From Rhizomicrobium sp. (lineage in GTDB: Bacteria; Pseudomonadota; Alphaproteobacteria; Micropepsales; Micropepsaceae), in contig DATKOE010000019.1 in NCBI GenBank assembly GCA_035524815.1, positions 2,177 to 66,176 on the forward strand: a stretch of DNA of 64,000 nt, written 5' to 3'. Both the position numbers and the translations under genes were made by a program. This document shows positions 52,238 to 61,779 of the stretch, piece by piece. The notes beneath the pieces were generated by a model. That model saw only the letters and a list, made by a program, of their open reading frames with translations. It ran no database searches and had not been told where the DNA came from. Numbering within the stretch: position 1 is the stretch's first letter; the number at the start of each line of letters is the position of its first letter.

Positions 52238-53014
52238 TTACTGCTTGGACGGGGCCGGCGTCGCGGGCGCGACGGGAGTTGCGGTGTCGTCGAATTCCGG
52301 CGTATCGGTGTCGGTCGTGTCCGGCTTGCCGTTGCGGATTTCGGCGTTGCGGTATTGGCGATAGAGGCTGCGCGTCGTGGCGTAGAAGTCGATCGAGGTG
52401 CGCTCGATCGTCTCCAGATTGTCGACGTTGCGCGCCCGCAGATCCAGGATCGAGACGCCCGAACGCACCGCGTACCAGGTGTCGGAACCGTGGAATTTCA
52501 CGTAGGTCAGCGGGTCCATGAAGATGTCGACCACGTCGCCGGCCATGTCGCGCGGCGGATCGGGGCCCATGAACGGAACCACGACATAAGGGCCTTCGCC
52601 GACGCCGTAGGTGCCTAGCGTCTGGCCGAAATCCTCCTCGTGTTCGGGAATGCCGATCATGGTGGCCACGTCGACGAACCCGCCCACGCCCAGTGTGGTG
52701 TTGACCGCGAAGCGGCTCAGGGTCTCGCCCACGCGCGGCCCGTTCGCCTGCAGCATGTCGTTGCCCAGCGTCACCGGTTTGTTCAGGTTGGTCAGGAAGT
52801 TGTGCACGCCGTCGCGGGCGAATTCGGGAACCGCGTGGTTGTAGAATTTGGCCACCGGCTTGGCAACGGCGTTGTCCACTTTCATGTTGAAATCGAAGAT
52901 CGCGCGGTTGGTCGGCTCGTAGGGATCGTTCTGGGCGATCGCCTCCGGGTCCTTGCTGGTCGTGCAGCCGGCCGCCAGGATGGCCAGGAGCACCATGCCG
53001 ATGACGCGCTTCAT
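52238..53014 (-). CDS. mlaA: MlaA/VacJ lipoprotein
   Basis: Lipobox LAAGC, DPYEPTNR, RFAVNTTLGVGG, EDFGQTLG.YGVGEGPY. Confidence 0.92.
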   Translation of the reverse strand: MKRVIGMVLLAILAAGCTTSKDPEAIAQNDPYEPTNRAIFDFNMKVDNAVAKPVAKFYNHAVPEFARDGVHNFLTNLNKPVTLGNDMLQANGPRVGETLSRFAVNTTLGVGGFVDVATMIGIPEHEEDFGQTLGTYGVGEGPYVVVPFMGPDPPRDMAGDVVDIFMDPLTYVKFHGSDTWYAVRSGVSILDLRARNVDNLETIERTSIDFYATTRSLYRQYRNAEIRNGKPDTTDTDTPEFDDTATPVAPATPAPSKQ

Positions 53015-53114
53015 TCCTGAAATCCCGCCCGAAACCTGGTGAATCAGTCAACCACCAATCAACGCACCCAAGAATATCGGGTTTCGGTGCGCAGGGAACA
53101 AGGGGTCTTTCTGA

Positions 53115-53882
53115 CTAGATTCCGGCGTACCAGGTGTAGCCCTGGTCCTCCCAGTAACCACCCTTGCCGCCGGCGATGGCTCCGAACCCTGGGACAAGTT
53201 CAATGCGCTGAATGTATTTTGCCATTTTGTAGCCGAGTTGTCGCTCGGCGCGCAGGCGCACGGGGGCACCGTATCGGATCGGCAACGCTTGTCCATTTAA
53301 TGAATAAGCCAGAATGGTTTGGGGGTGGGTGGCCTCAACCAGATCGAGACTCTCATAATAGTACTGCGCAGGATAACCCGGCTGGGCCATGTTGTCGGCA
53401 CAGGTGAAAACGACGTAGCGGGCGTTTTCCGTCGGGTGCGCCGCCGCCAGGACCAGCGCCAGCGGGGTGCCGGTCCATTGCCCGATGCAGCTCCAGCCCT
53501 CGACGCAGTCGTGCCGGGTGATCTGGGCGCGCGACGGCATGGCGCGAAGCTCAGCCATCGACAGCGACAGCGGGCGGCGGACCGCCCCGCCCACGGTGAT
53601 TCGCCAGTCCCGGAAGCCGTTCGCCGCATGCGCGTTGTAGCTTGGCGTATCGGGGTCCAGAGTGCCGTTGGCGCGGAAGACGGGCGCGATGTCGGCCTTC
53701 GTATACTCCGGCGCCAGCGCATGGCTGCCCGCGAACAGTCGCTGCGCCCGCCGGGTCAGGATTTCCACCTCCGACAGGATGCCGGTCACCCATTTCTTCT
53801 GCGACAGGTCCGTGCAGCCGCCCAGCGCCAGGGCGGCGACGCCGGCGCCGGCGCGGGCGAGGAACTTGCGTCGGTCAGTCAT
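53115..53882 (-). CDS. Tat-exported molybdopterin oxidoreductase (sulfite oxidase / MsrP-like family)
   Basis: Tat motif DRRKFL, Mo-Cys motif TRHDCVEGWS, HPQTILAY, YGAPVRL, LGYKMAKY, GGYWED. Confidence 0.9.
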   Translation of the reverse strand: MTDRRKFLARAGAGVAALALGGCTDLSQKKWVTGILSEVEILTRRAQRLFAGSHALAPEYTKADIAPVFRANGTLDPDTPSYNAHAANGFRDWRITVGGAVRRPLSLSMAELRAMPSRAQITRHDCVEGWSCIGQWTGTPLALVLAAAHPTENARYVVFTCADNMAQPGYPAQYYYESLDLVEATHPQTILAYSLNGQALPIRYGAPVRLRAERQLGYKMAKYIQRIELVPGFGAIAGGKGGYWEDQGYTWYAGI

Positions 53883-54723
53883 GCTCGCGGACCTCGATTG
53901 CGTATTTTCCGGTGATCATAGAACGCAGGTTGTTCCAGGTGCCCGACAGGACGACCATCACGATGTGAACGATGAAGAATCCGAAAAACGAGAAGGCGCA
54001 GATGAAGTGGATGGTGCGCGCCGACTGGCGTCCGCCGAAAATCCAGAGCAGCGCCGGAAAGGCGCTGTCCATGGTGGGCGACATCGTCAGCCCGGTCAGC
54101 ACGACCAGCGGACCCAGTATGAAGATCACGAAGAAATAGGCGAGCTTCTGGAGCGAATTGTAGCGTCGGGCGGCCTCGCCTTTGGGGAACCGGAGTCTCA
54201 AATGCTCGCCGATTTCGTGCGGCAGGCGGGCGATGTCCTGCCGGGTCGGCAACAGGTCTTTGCCGGCATGTCCGCGCCGGATCGCCCATGTCCAGAACGC
54301 GATACCGTTGATAACGAACAGCCAGGCGAAGGCGAAATGCCATTGCCGTCCCATCGCCAGCCATTGCGGGCCGGGCAGGGTGATCCAGTCGGGAAATCCG
54401 CGCGCCGTGGGATAACCCTCGACGTCGGACGCGCCCAGCCAGCCCGTGGTGTCGAAATGCCAGGGCCCGATCTGCGTCGTTCCCTTCAGGCCTGCGTCGG
54501 TGTCCTCGGCGGTCATGGAAAGTATGGGGTGGGCGAAATCGGAACTGATGCCCCAATAGAGCGCCGGATGGGCGTTGAAGATCTGCAGCCCGCTCATGAA
54601 CAGTACCAACAGGCACAGCGCGTTGAGCCAGTGCGAAAGCCGCACGACCAGCGCATGGCGCCGGAACAGGACGTGAGGCCCCTCGGGTGTGAGTCCGAGC
54701 GCGCGCCGCAACAAAGCCTTCAT
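53875..54723 (-). CDS. cytochrome b (Ni-hydrogenase b-type / YdhU-like) membrane partner
   Basis: RLSHWLN, SGLQIFNAHP, WHFAFAW, YNSLQKLAY, RTIHF, HIVMV, SMITG. Confidence 0.88.
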   Translation of the reverse strand: MKALLRRALGLTPEGPHVLFRRHALVVRLSHWLNALCLLVLFMSGLQIFNAHPALYWGISSDFAHPILSMTAEDTDAGLKGTTQIGPWHFDTTGWLGASDVEGYPTARGFPDWITLPGPQWLAMGRQWHFAFAWLFVINGIAFWTWAIRRGHAGKDLLPTRQDIARLPHEIGEHLRLRFPKGEAARRYNSLQKLAYFFVIFILGPLVVLTGLTMSPTMDSAFPALLWIFGGRQSARTIHFICAFSFFGFFIVHIVMVVLSGTWNNLRSMITGKYAIEVREHD

Positions 54724-54846
54724 TCCACGCTCCGCGGGTCGGCTGGCCTCAGCGTAGCAGGCTGGTCATGATCGCGCCACGCAAGGCTACGCTGGACATT
54801 CGCGCAAGGGCTTGACTAGGTTACAGCCCTCGACCGAGGTTCCCCC

Positions 54847-56259
54847 ATGACCTTTCCGCTGCGGCTCGATCCCGATCGCCTGTTTCCGGCCGATGGGGAA
54901 ACCGCCGCCGTCGCGCAGCGCCTGTTCGCGCAGGTGGAACATCTGCCGATCGTCAGCCCGCACGGACACACCGATCCGGCCTGGTTCGCGCTCGATGCTC
55001 CGTTCGAGGATGCCACGTCGCTGTTCCTTTGGCCCGACCACTACGTCCTCAGAATGCTCTACAGCCAGGGCATCGGCTTCGAGGCGCTCGGGGTCCCGCA
55101 CAGGGGTGCGGAGGCGAAGGCGGAGCGCCGCGCGGCGTGGCGGTTGTTCGCGCAGAACTACCATCTCTTCCGCGGCACGCCATCGCGGCTGTGGCTCGAC
55201 CACGCGTTTGCGGCCGTGTTCGGCATCGGCGTGCGCCTCGGCGCCGACACCGCCGACCTCTATTACGACATGATCGGCGAAGCGCTGGCGAAGCCCGAGT
55301 TCCGTCCGCGCGCGCTGTTCAAGCGCTTCAATATCGAGGTGCTGGCGACCACCGAAGGCGCCAACGATCCGCTCCCCCATCACCGCAGAATCGCCGCCGA
55401 ATGGGACGGCCGCGTGATCTCGACCTTCCGCCCCGACGCCGTCGTCAATCCGGAACTGGCGGGTTTCGCGCACGAAGTTGCCGAACTCGGCCGGCTTACG
55501 GGCGAGAACACGGCGACGTGGAACGGCTATCTCGGAGCCCTGCGGGCGCGGCGCGGACATTTCCGCAAGGCGGGCCGGGCGACCGCGTCCGATCACGGCC
55601 ATCCCACGCCGTTTACCGCCGATCTTGCGCCGAACGAATGCCAGGGCCTGCTCGACCGCGCGCTGAAGGGCAGCATCACCGCGGCCGAAGCCGAACTCTT
55701 CCGCGGCCAGATGCTGACGGAAATGGCGCTGATGTCGTGCGAAGACAGCATGGTGATGCAGATCCACCCCGGCTCGCACCGCAATCACAACCCCGGCCTT
55801 TTCGCGGCCTACGGGCCCGACCGCGGCGCCGACATCCCGATGCGGGTGAACTACGTCGACGCCCTCAAGCCGCTGCTCGACAAGGTGGGCAACCGCACGG
55901 ACCTCACGATCATCCTCTTCACGCTCGATGAATCGAACTACGCGCGCGAGCTGGCGCCGCTGGCGGGCCATTATCCCTGCCTCACCCTCGGGCCGCCGTG
56001 GTGGTTCCACGATTCGCCCGAGGGTATGCTGCGCTTCCGCCGGAACTGCACCGAAACGGCCGGCTTCTACAACACCGCCGGGTTCAACGACGACACGCGC
56101 GCGTTCCTCTCGATCCCGGCCCGCCACGACGTGGCGCGGCGGATGGACTGCGCGTATCTGGCCGAACTCGTCCTCACCCGTCGCCTCGAAGAAGACGAGG
56201 CCGCGGAAGTCGCCGTGGCGCTCGCCTATGGCCTGCCGAAGAAGGCGTACCGGCTCTAG
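54847..56259 (+). CDS. uxaC: glucuronate (uronate) isomerase
   Basis: PIVSPHGHTDP, DHYVLRML, STFRPD, MQIHPG, GPPWWFHDS, FNDDTRAF.SIPARHD. Confidence 0.96.
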   Translation: MTFPLRLDPDRLFPADGETAAVAQRLFAQVEHLPIVSPHGHTDPAWFALDAPFEDATSLFLWPDHYVLRMLYSQGIGFEALGVPHRGAEAKAERRAAWRLFAQNYHLFRGTPSRLWLDHAFAAVFGIGVRLGADTADLYYDMIGEALAKPEFRPRALFKRFNIEVLATTEGANDPLPHHRRIAAEWDGRVISTFRPDAVVNPELAGFAHEVAELGRLTGENTATWNGYLGALRARRGHFRKAGRATASDHGHPTPFTADLAPNECQGLLDRALKGSITAAEAELFRGQMLTEMALMSCEDSMVMQIHPGSHRNHNPGLFAAYGPDRGADIPMRVNYVDALKPLLDKVGNRTDLTIILFTLDESNYARELAPLAGHYPCLTLGPPWWFHDSPEGMLRFRRNCTETAGFYNTAGFNDDTRAFLSIPARHDVARRMDCAYLAELVLTRRLEEDEAAEVAVALAYGLPKKAYRL

Positions 56260-56263
56260 TCGG

Positions 56264-56635
56264 CTACGCTTTGGGCGCCAGCGCCCTCCAGGCGAAGAAG
56301 AACAGCACCAGGAACGCGAAATCGGCCCAGGCCAGCGGGATCCAAAGCGCGGCCACGCTGCCGGTGAGCTGATGCCAGAACACCACCCCGCTGTAGGAGG
56401 CCTTGACGCCCATGCCGTAGGGAATCAGCACGCGGCGTGCCGCGGGGTTGCCCGCGACATGCAGGAACATGATGCCGAACAGGGCGACCAGCAGCGCCGG
56501 GAATTCGACATAGCCCGGATCGGGCAGGGCGATGCTGGCCAGGTGCGCGATTTGGGACGATGCCACCAGCATGCCGAGTCCGAGTACGACGTCGTAAATT
56601 CCCGCGATGACGAAGAGTGATTTGATCCAGCGCAT
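56264..56635 (-). CDS. hypothetical 4-TM membrane protein
   Basis: Four hydrophobic helices; GAGAGG RBS upstream; downstream of the radical SAM gene on the same strand. Confidence 0.7.
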   Translation of the reverse strand: MRWIKSLFVIAGIYDVVLGLGMLVASSQIAHLASIALPDPGYVEFPALLVALFGIMFLHVAGNPAARRVLIPYGMGVKASYSGVVFWHQLTGSVAALWIPLAWADFAFLVLFFFAWRALAPKA

Positions 56636-56671
56636 GTTCACCTCTCGTTGAACAGGTTGTGATCGGGAACT

Positions 56672-58003
56672 TCAGTTAGGCTTTGCCGCCTCGCGATGCC
56701 TGGCGATGAGATTGCGCTCGAAGTCGCGGCGGCGGTTGTCGGTGGATTGCTGGGAATAGACACGGCTGGCAAGGCTGCGCAGGCCCGCCTCCAGTTCGCC
56801 CGCCGTCATGCGCGCGGGCCGGAAATTCACGTCGAACAGGGTGCAGAATTCCCACGCCCCATCGCGGATGATGCGGCCTTCGCGCTTCAGGCGCGCGTAG
56901 AGCGGCGTGCCGGGAAAGGCGGTCTCGACCGTGATCTGCACGTCGTAGAGCCCGCTTTTCTGCACGAAATCCCAGATGCGGTCGAACGAGTCCGGTCCGG
57001 CGCCGTCCAGCCCCAGCACGAAGCAGCCGTTCACGCGGATGCCGCGATCCTGGATTTTGCGGATGGCGTCGAGATAGGTGCCGACGCGCTTGGCCTTCCA
57101 GTTGGTGCGCGTCTCGACCCCGTCAATGGCGCCGAACGTGGTGTCTTCCAGGCCGATCAGGATTTCGGCGCAGCCCGCGTCGTGCAGCATGTCGAGAAGC
57201 TCGTCGTCGTCGGCCACGGAAACGTCGGTTTCGGTGAACCAGCGCACGTCCTCGCGGGCGAGCGCGCGCAGCAGTTCCTTGGAGTGGGGCTTGTTCACAA
57301 AGGTGTTGTCGTCGGCGAATTCGATGAACGGCCGCCGCCACAGCTGCTTGATCGCCTGGATTTCGCCGATGACGCGGTCGACCGGCTTGATCTTGTAGAG
57401 CGGCGAGATGAGAAGCGATGCGGCGCAGAACTCGCACCGGAACGGGCAGCCGCGCTGGGTCTGCACGGTGAGGCGGTTGTAGCGCTCGATGTCGAGCAGA
57501 TCGAACCGCGGCATCGGCGCGTCGGCGAGCGACCAGTCGGCCTGCCGCGCGTCGTAGACCGGCTTGAGGCCCGCGGGCGAGGAAAGGTCGGCCATCACGG
57601 CGGGCCACAGCGGCTCGCCCTCGCCGATCACCACGGCGTCGGCGTGGCGCTTGGCCTCGTCGGGCAGGGCGCTGACGTGCAGGCCGCCCAGGATGACGCG
57701 CGTGCCCAGCGCCCGGTAGCGGTCGGCGAGCTCGTAGGCTTCCGCCATCTGCGCCGAGTAGCTCGAGATCGCGACGGCGTCGAATTCCTCCGGCACGCCG
57801 TCGACGCCCGCGACGTCGGGCACCTCGACATAGTGCACGTCGATGCTTTCGGGCGTCAGCCCCGCCAGCGTCAACAGGCCCAGGCTCGGCAGCGAGGCGA
57901 TCACCTTGTTGCGCTCGACGAAGCCGGGCAGTGTCAGCCCCAGCGCGGTGAGTTCGGGATTGTGAGCGCGCACGCCGCTCATGGCGATCAGTCCGAGTTT
58001 CAT
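56672..58003 (-). CDS. B12-binding domain radical SAM protein
   Basis: LGGLH...DAVVIGEGE cobalamin-binding domain; QRGCPFRCEFC (CxxxCxxC), FADDN, PGTPLY. Confidence 0.92.
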   Translation of the reverse strand: MKLGLIAMSGVRAHNPELTALGLTLPGFVERNKVIASLPSLGLLTLAGLTPESIDVHYVEVPDVAGVDGVPEEFDAVAISSYSAQMAEAYELADRYRALGTRVILGGLHVSALPDEAKRHADAVVIGEGEPLWPAVMADLSSPAGLKPVYDARQADWSLADAPMPRFDLLDIERYNRLTVQTQRGCPFRCEFCAASLLISPLYKIKPVDRVIGEIQAIKQLWRRPFIEFADDNTFVNKPHSKELLRALAREDVRWFTETDVSVADDDELLDMLHDAGCAEILIGLEDTTFGAIDGVETRTNWKAKRVGTYLDAIRKIQDRGIRVNGCFVLGLDGAGPDSFDRIWDFVQKSGLYDVQITVETAFPGTPLYARLKREGRIIRDGAWEFCTLFDVNFRPARMTAGELEAGLRSLASRVYSQQSTDNRRRDFERNLIARHREAAKPN

Positions 58004-58383
58004 CGGGTCCACCATCCAATCAGGATTGAGAGAAGGCCGGCCAGGACGCAGGCCACCGGAATGGGGAACAGGTGGCGAAGCGGCTTGCGCCAGGCGGCGG
58101 CGAGGCAGCATGCCGGCATGGCGATGGCGCCCGCGATCAGCGCCCACGAGGCGATGCGGTAATCCGCATCGGGCAGGGCGAGATCGCGCGCCGTCGCAGC
58201 GAAGGCGAGATTGAGAAAGCCCAGGCCGAAGAACGCGACATGGGCAAGCCGCACCAGCCGGCGCGGGAACGAGGCGTAGCCGCCGAGCCAGTTTTCATCA
58301 TGGAAGAACAAGCCGATGACGGCGCCGAACATCACGCCGGCCAGGATGCCCAGCCATCCGCCGATGAGATTCACGGTCGGCAT
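58000..58383 (-). CDS. hypothetical 4-TM membrane protein
   Basis: Hydrophobic, RRLVRLAHVAFFGLGFLN; stop overlaps the radical SAM ATG (ATGA); GGGGAG RBS upstream. Confidence 0.75.
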   Translation of the reverse strand: MPTVNLIGGWLGILAGVMFGAVIGLFFHDENWLGGYASFPRRLVRLAHVAFFGLGFLNLAFAATARDLALPDADYRIASWALIAGAIAMPACCLAAAWRKPLRHLFPIPVACVLAGLLSILIGWWTR

Positions 58384-58621
58384 GCGGGGCTCCCCTTCCG
58401 CAGTGTGCAGCCAGCCTCGCCGGCGAAGGTACGCCGGTCGGCGCTCGCGGCAAAGACGATTGAACCGGCGTTGATGCGTTTGGGACTTTGTCTCAAAGCA
58501 GAGATGGGGGCGAACTTCGCGGCGTGGGCCGCGGTCCGTGAAGCGTGGATTGCGGACATCCCCGTCCGTGGTCGGCTGGTCGCCAATGCCCCGCTTGGAG
58601 CGACGCGGCGGTCCGCGGCGC

Positions 58622-60253
58622 CTACTGCTTCTGTACCGGCGGCGGTTTGATGGGCGGCGGCTTGATCGGCTGGCAGATGTCCAACAGTTCGAAGATCGGC
58701 GGATGCTGGCCTGCCATGAACTTGAGATAGTAGTTTGCCGTGGCGAGTTGCTGGTACAGCGAGAGCACGCCGGTGGTATTACTCGTGCAGCCGTTTTGTT
58801 CCATGTACTCGATGTCGCCTTGCGGGACGTCGAGATAGTACATCGTCTCATTCAGGTTGTCGGCCGGCGCGTCACCATAGTTCTGGCCAACGGTGGTGTG
58901 GTGAAAGAACTCCTTCAGCACGGCAACCGCCGCCGTTTCCACGGTCATGGGCGTGTGCTGGCACGTCCGGTCGCTTGACGGACACCCCTCGTGATCGCGC
59001 AGGTTCGAAACCGCATGGTCGAATTGCGCGCCGCCAATGAGTTGGCCGGTTTCCCGCAGGCCGTCGTAACGCGCGGTCAGAAGCTTCACGCCCGCAACGC
59101 CGATATTGCCGAACTCGGGCTCGCTCGCCGCCGTCATGCCGCCCACTTCCGTAGCTTTCTGGTTCGGGCCTTTTGCCGCCAGGAACGCCTCGATGACCTG
59201 GACCTTGGCTGCGCACGAGGTCAGCAATTGCCCGCTCAGCAAACCGCACTCGACGCCATAAAGCGTCTTCGTGGCCGGCGCAGGTCCGGTCAGGCGGAAG
59301 GTCGGATAGTCGTGGCCCGAATCGGGGCCGAGGAAGATCGTCAATCCCGAGAAGAGGGATTCGTACTTCGCGATCGTCGTCGTCCACTGATCGACGAAGA
59401 TCTGATTGGAGTTGTCGGGATACGGCTTGTGCTGCGTGTCGCGGTTGTAGTTGTCGATCAGCATCGTCCATGCCTTATCCGCGGGCTTGCCGCCGACCTG
59501 AGTCTTCGAGTGGACGCCGTTCTTGGGGTCCAGGCCGTTCAGCGTGGTGGGCAGGATCATCTCGTCCGATCCCGCGACCGGTCCGGCAATGGCAATGGCG
59601 ACGAGGCTCGGCTGATCCTTCACGTGCCGGTTCAAGGCGCCGAGAAACTGCCACCACGCATTCTGGTAATCGGTGTTCCAGGGCAAAGGCAGTGTATAGA
59701 GTCCCGGCTGCGGCCACTGATCGGAACGCTGCTGCTCGTTGAAATCGATGAACTGCACGGAGCCGCAATCGGGGCCGACGCCGGAGCTGTTCTTCGTGAA
59801 GAGATCGTCACACGGCGCGAGCCTCTGCTTGAGCCAGGGCGGTGCGTCGAAGCCCGGCGTGATGATGAGCTGCACCGTCTTGTCCGGCATGGCGTTCACC
59901 ACTTCGAACACATCGTCGAGATCGTTCCACATGCAGGAGGGACAGGTCGACTCAGCAGCGAGGTCGACTGACGGCAAGACGTGATCGAGCGTGCTCCAAT
60001 GCAGCCCCACGGCGACGCCGGCGATCGCGGAGCTGTTCAAGAGCTTGCTCAAGCGTTTCTTTATGAAGGCGTCTTGCGTCGCCTGATCGTCGTGCTCGTG
60101 GTGGGCCTTCTTGAGCATGTACTCGATGTCGACGTGCAGGTAGACGCCGACAGGCTTTTTCGGTTCGTCCGGCTGGCCCAAAGCAGGCGCCGTCAGGAAG
60201 AAGAACCCGAGAGCCGCGATCGACGCTGTGCAAGAACGGTTGCTCAAGGTCAT
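58622..60253 (-). CDS. secreted hypothetical protein, possible glycoside-hydrolase-like TIM barrel
   Basis: Signal peptide ending TAPALG; GVAVGLHWSTLD...WNDLDDV, PPWL and PLPWN resemble clan GH-A N-termini; C-terminal PPPIK repeats. Confidence 0.65.
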   Translation of the reverse strand: MTLSNRSCTASIAALGFFFLTAPALGQPDEPKKPVGVYLHVDIEYMLKKAHHEHDDQATQDAFIKKRLSKLLNSSAIAGVAVGLHWSTLDHVLPSVDLAAESTCPSCMWNDLDDVFEVVNAMPDKTVQLIITPGFDAPPWLKQRLAPCDDLFTKNSSGVGPDCGSVQFIDFNEQQRSDQWPQPGLYTLPLPWNTDYQNAWWQFLGALNRHVKDQPSLVAIAIAGPVAGSDEMILPTTLNGLDPKNGVHSKTQVGGKPADKAWTMLIDNYNRDTQHKPYPDNSNQIFVDQWTTTIAKYESLFSGLTIFLGPDSGHDYPTFRLTGPAPATKTLYGVECGLLSGQLLTSCAAKVQVIEAFLAAKGPNQKATEVGGMTAASEPEFGNIGVAGVKLLTARYDGLRETGQLIGGAQFDHAVSNLRDHEGCPSSDRTCQHTPMTVETAAVAVLKEFFHHTTVGQNYGDAPADNLNETMYYLDVPQGDIEYMEQNGCTSNTTGVLSLYQQLATANYYLKFMAGQHPPIFELLDICQPIKPPPIKPPPVQKQ

Positions 60254-60385
60254 GCAAGCCCCTTCGTTCCGGCCGGGATGCAAACGCGCTCTCTCGATAT
60301 CAAGCCTATCATGTCCGTTTGAGCAGTTCCAAAATCAATCCCAGGGAACCGGGGACGTTCATGCCGTAAGGGAATTCTGGATTTG

Positions 60386-60467
60386 TTATGGGGACACTAT
60401 ACTGAACTCCATTTGTGATTATTGACGCTGTGCTCCCCGCCGTCAATTAAGTACAGTGTCCCCGTAA
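60386..60467. repeat. REP/MITE-like nested inverted repeat
   Basis: TTATGGGGACACTATACT (60386-60403) matches the reverse complement of 60450-60467 (TTACGGGGACACTGTACT) at 16/18; inner ATTGACG/CGTCAAT pair. Confidence 0.7.
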
Positions 60468-60557
60468 TACCCGCAGCCCGGATGGTGTTGTGTGCACCGA
60501 TCGAGGGTGACGGCGGGCGCCGGGCTGCATTAAGTTCGCCCGCGAAAGGACGAAACA

Positions 60558-61694
60558 ATGACAAAGCCCGAAACCTTCTCCGCTCAGGCCCTCGGCTGGA
60601 TCGAGGAAAAGACGCGCGCGGTCGCCCCGCCGCTGCACCTGTCCTCCACCTTCGAGCGCGATCCCGACAACCGATACCGCTCGGGGCGCAACTACGCCCG
60701 CGCCGACAATCCGGCCTTCGACCAGCCCGAACGGCTGCTCGCCGCGCTCGAGAACGGCGAGGCGGCGATGCTGTTTTCCTCGGGCATGGCGGCGGCGACG
60801 GCCGTGATGCTGTCGCTTGCGCCCGGCGATCACGTCGTGGCGCCCAGGGTGATGTACTGGTCGTTCCGCAACTGGCTCATGAATTTCGCCCGCGGCTGGG
60901 GACTCGATGTCGAACTCGTCGACATGACCGATCCCGGCGCGCTGAGGAGGGCCATGCGACCGGGCAGAACGAAGCTCGTCTGGGTGGAGACGCCCGCCAA
61001 TCCGCTGTGGGACATCGTCGACATCGCCGCCGCGGCCGAGGTCGCGCATGAGGCCAGCGCCCGCCTCGCCGTGGATTCGACCGTGGCCACGCCCGTCTTC
61101 ACCCGGCCGCTCGTGCTCGGCGCCGATCTCGTCATGCATTCGGCGACGAAGTACCTCAACGGCCATTCCGATCTCGTGGCCGGCGCGCTGGTGACCAAGG
61201 CGATCGACGAGCCCTGGCGGCGCATCTCGGCCGTGCGCACGCAAGGCGGCGGCATCCTCGGCTCATTCGAATCCTGGCTGCTCCTGCGCGGGATGCGCAC
61301 GCTGTTCCCGCGGGTGCGCACCGCCGCCGCCAACGCGCAGGCGCTGGCGGATAATCTCCTCGGCAACGAAAACGTCGCACAAGTGCTCTATCCGGGACTG
61401 CCGGGTTTCAAGGGCCACGACATTGCCGCGCGCCAGATGAAGGGCGGGTTCGGCGCCATGATGTCGATCCGCGTCAGAGGCGGGGAGAAGGCCGCCATCG
61501 CCGCGGCGGCGCGGGTGAAGCTGTTCAAGCGGGCCACTTCGCTCGGCGGCGTGGAAAGCCTGGTCGAGCATCGCGCCTCGGTCGAAGGGCCGGATACGCC
61601 GTGCCCGGCCGATCTCTTGCGCCTGTCGGTGGGGATCGAGGACGTAAACGATCTGCTCGAAGACCTGACGGAAGCCTTGCGGCCGGGCGGTTAG
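60558..61694 (+). CDS. PLP-dependent Cys/Met metabolism enzyme (cystathionine gamma-synthase/lyase family)
   Basis: YARADNP, FSSGMAA, ETPANP, VDST, PLP-Lys motif HSATKYLNGHSD, SLGGVESL, RLSVGIE. Confidence 0.93.
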   Translation: MTKPETFSAQALGWIEEKTRAVAPPLHLSSTFERDPDNRYRSGRNYARADNPAFDQPERLLAALENGEAAMLFSSGMAAATAVMLSLAPGDHVVAPRVMYWSFRNWLMNFARGWGLDVELVDMTDPGALRRAMRPGRTKLVWVETPANPLWDIVDIAAAAEVAHEASARLAVDSTVATPVFTRPLVLGADLVMHSATKYLNGHSDLVAGALVTKAIDEPWRRISAVRTQGGGILGSFESWLLLRGMRTLFPRVRTAAANAQALADNLLGNENVAQVLYPGLPGFKGHDIAARQMKGGFGAMMSIRVRGGEKAAIAAAARVKLFKRATSLGGVESLVEHRASVEGPDTPCPADLLRLSVGIEDVNDLLEDLTEALRPGG

Positions 61695-61779
61695 GGCCGT
61701 AAGCAGCTTTTGCGATGGCCGCACGATCCGGCGGCAATCCGGCCACCAATTTGCCGGATTGCGCTCCTAGAGGTGATCC

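Noticed and set aside
54807-54830. Possible LacI-type operator (TTGACTAGGTTACA) upstream of uxaC
   Set aside because: Only one good half-site, and no cognate regulator in the window.
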